64,000 nt of DNA from Octopus vulgaris (taxonomy: Eukaryota): positions 2,666,001 to 2,730,000 of the forward strand of contig OX597839.1 in the NCBI GenBank assembly GCA_951406725.2. The letters run 5' to 3'. Each line of letters starts with the position of its first letter. Position 1 is the stretch's first letter. The notes beneath the pieces were generated by a model. That model ran no database searches. It was not told where the DNA came from and was given only the letters and a program-made list of their open reading frames with translations. A program made the position numbers and the translations under genes. Below are positions 61,997 to 64,000 of this stretch, piece after piece.

Positions 61997-64000
61997 TCCT
62001 TTTCTATGTTTTTGTTTGTTGGACAGGTCCTCTCCAACATAGCATTTTGTTACTTGTTGCTTTTTGTTTTTCTTGCCTCCTTTGTGAAGTTCAACATTCT
62101 GAGATCTGCTTTCACTACTTCAACTTCTATTTAGGTCTCCTGACCCCGCTTTTTTTTTTTTTACCTAACCATCAACTTCATTCTTTATTTTTTAACCCAA
62201 CTATCATCCTCCATAGAAGGCTTGTAGCCTAGTGTTTACTGTGTTGCAGGCGTGATTGCAAGATAATGGTTTCAATTCCCCGACCAGGTGGTGCTGTGTG
62301 TACTTGAGCAAAAGACTTCATTCATATTAGTCCTGTCTGCTTAGCTGTAACCCTGCAACGGACTGGCATTCCATTCAGGGTTAGTGTTGTGATCTTGGTC
62401 ATTTATAAGCTATGAAATCCAGATAGCTGACCTAAAGTTAGGACTAAAAATAGTACTGTCCAAGAGATGATGATGACATCTTTCATATGCATCACATGCC
62501 TGTACCAGGTTGTTCACATGCTCTAACATCACACATCCAGGTGAGCAATGCTTACTGATTCGTCTCTTCCCAGTCTTTGCATGCCCTCTACATTCAGCAC
62601 TCATATCTTACTACCATTTTTCAGCATTCTTTCTACAGTGGAGGTGCATGGCTTAGTGGTTGAGGTGTTGAATTCATGATCGTAAGATGGTGGTTTCGAT
62701 TCCTGGATTGGGCAACACATTTTGTTCTTGAGTAAAACACTTCATTTCACATTGCTGGCAAAAATGAGTTATCCTGTGACAGACCAGTGTCCCATCCAGG
62801 TGGGGAATTATATGTTATAGAAACCGTTAAACTGAGTTGGTGTGACTCAAGAAGGAAACTGAGAAAAGAAAACAAAAACAAAAGAAAATCTTTCAACATA
62901 AGCATTGCGCAATCAATCCTTTGCTCAGAGATAGGATCTCTTTGTCATCATAATAACTCCCTGAACTTTTTTTTTTTCCACTGTTCTTATTCTGGCTACT
63001 ATGCTTTCAGAATACACTCCCCTATCACTGATTTGGTTGCCTAGGCAACAGAAGCTATCAATTACCTCTACAGTGTTTTCTGAGCATTGAAAAGAACATA
63101 TTTTGCTGTTTGGTGCCGTGACTGTTTACTACTCTAGTAGTACATCTGCCACTTTTTCAAATGAAATTCTATTGTTAAAGTACATAAATACACAGACAGT
63201 TTTAGTCAATATATCCATACAGCTATTATATTATTATATTAGTCAATTTAGCCATACAAATAAGGCGACGAGCTGGCAGAATTGTTAGCACGCCAGGCAA
63301 AATTATTAGTAGCATTTTGTCTGTCTTTACATTCTGAATTTAAATTCCACTGAGGTCAACTTTGTTCTTGATCCTTTCTGGGTTAATAAAATAAGTACCA
63401 GTTGAGCATTGGGGTTGATTTTATTGACCTATCCCATCCCTGAAATTGCTGTGCCTAAACTTAAAAGCACTATATCCATACAAATGGGTAGATTGTACCA
63501 GAAGTGATTTGAGCCTAATAAGCCTCTAAATTAGGGATCCCTACCCACCAGGCTGTGGACCAACACCCCAATCACCAAACCACTCAGAAAGACTAAATTG
63601 TAAATTTCTATTTCTATTTTATTGACTATTGCAGTTTACAGAGTGTTTTTGCATTATATATGTCACACTCTGACCTTTCATCATCTGACACAAGATCACC
63701 CCCTCCAATGTCCTCCTCCCCTCACAATAATGCTTTATCTTGCAAAGTGATTTAGTGACCCTGCTAGTGCTGGTAGTTGCCACTTAAAAAGCACTCACTC
63801 CAAACTGTGAAGTGGTTGGCATTTGGAAAAGCATCCAGCCGTAAAAACCATGCCAATACTGACCTCACATGTGTAAGTGGCATGTAAAAAGAACTCAGCC
63901 CATTCTGCAGAGTGGTTGGTGTTAGGAAGGGCATCCAGCCATAAAAACCATGCCAAAACATACAGAAGCATGGTGCAGGCTCCTACCTGGCCAGCTCCTG

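Noticed and set aside
36-64000. Many ORFs rich in YI, HT, CV, ER, LS or MYVC repeats
   Set aside because: Translations of (TA)n, (CA)n, (GA)n and (TATG)n microsatellites, which lack stop codons; no domain content.
35888-64000. dvl exon 2 (expected VVKEE..LPCFNGRVVSW)
   Set aside because: Not in the ORF track and not found by eye; probably beyond the window, though a short exon could have been missed.

Overview
AT-rich, microsatellite-dense eukaryotic DNA. The repeat repertoire resembles an octopod cephalopod (Octopus sp.; inferred from recall, not database-verified). Only one host coding exon is recognisable: the first coding exon of dishevelled (35727-35887, +, N-terminal DIX domain). It is followed by a first intron that appears to run past the end of the window. 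Nearly all other ORFs in the track are microsatellite or SINE artefacts or decayed transposon remnants. These remnants include mariner, maT/DD37D, Helitron helicase plus a complete non-autonomous Helitron, Gypsy pol, RTE LINE endonuclease/RT, Penelope-like RT, hAT- and piggyBac-type MITEs, and at least three tRNA-headed SINE families. Two CpG-retaining domains (~17.4-24.5 kb and ~31.4-42.3 kb) suggest a divergent promoter pair, with an unidentified minus-strand transcription unit near 23.5 kb. The most unusual signal is a set of short modules, mostly next to (TA)n tracts, that carry minimal type-I hammerhead-ribozyme-like motifs and are repeatedly arranged as head-to-head palindromes (three in a row at 42.47-43.07 kb in the dvl intron). 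Other notable items are a recurring GAAATA-NN-TATTTC junction at SINE insertions, self-nesting of a TTAA MITE, and a 35-bp templated insertion. No clearly novel protein-coding system is supported.
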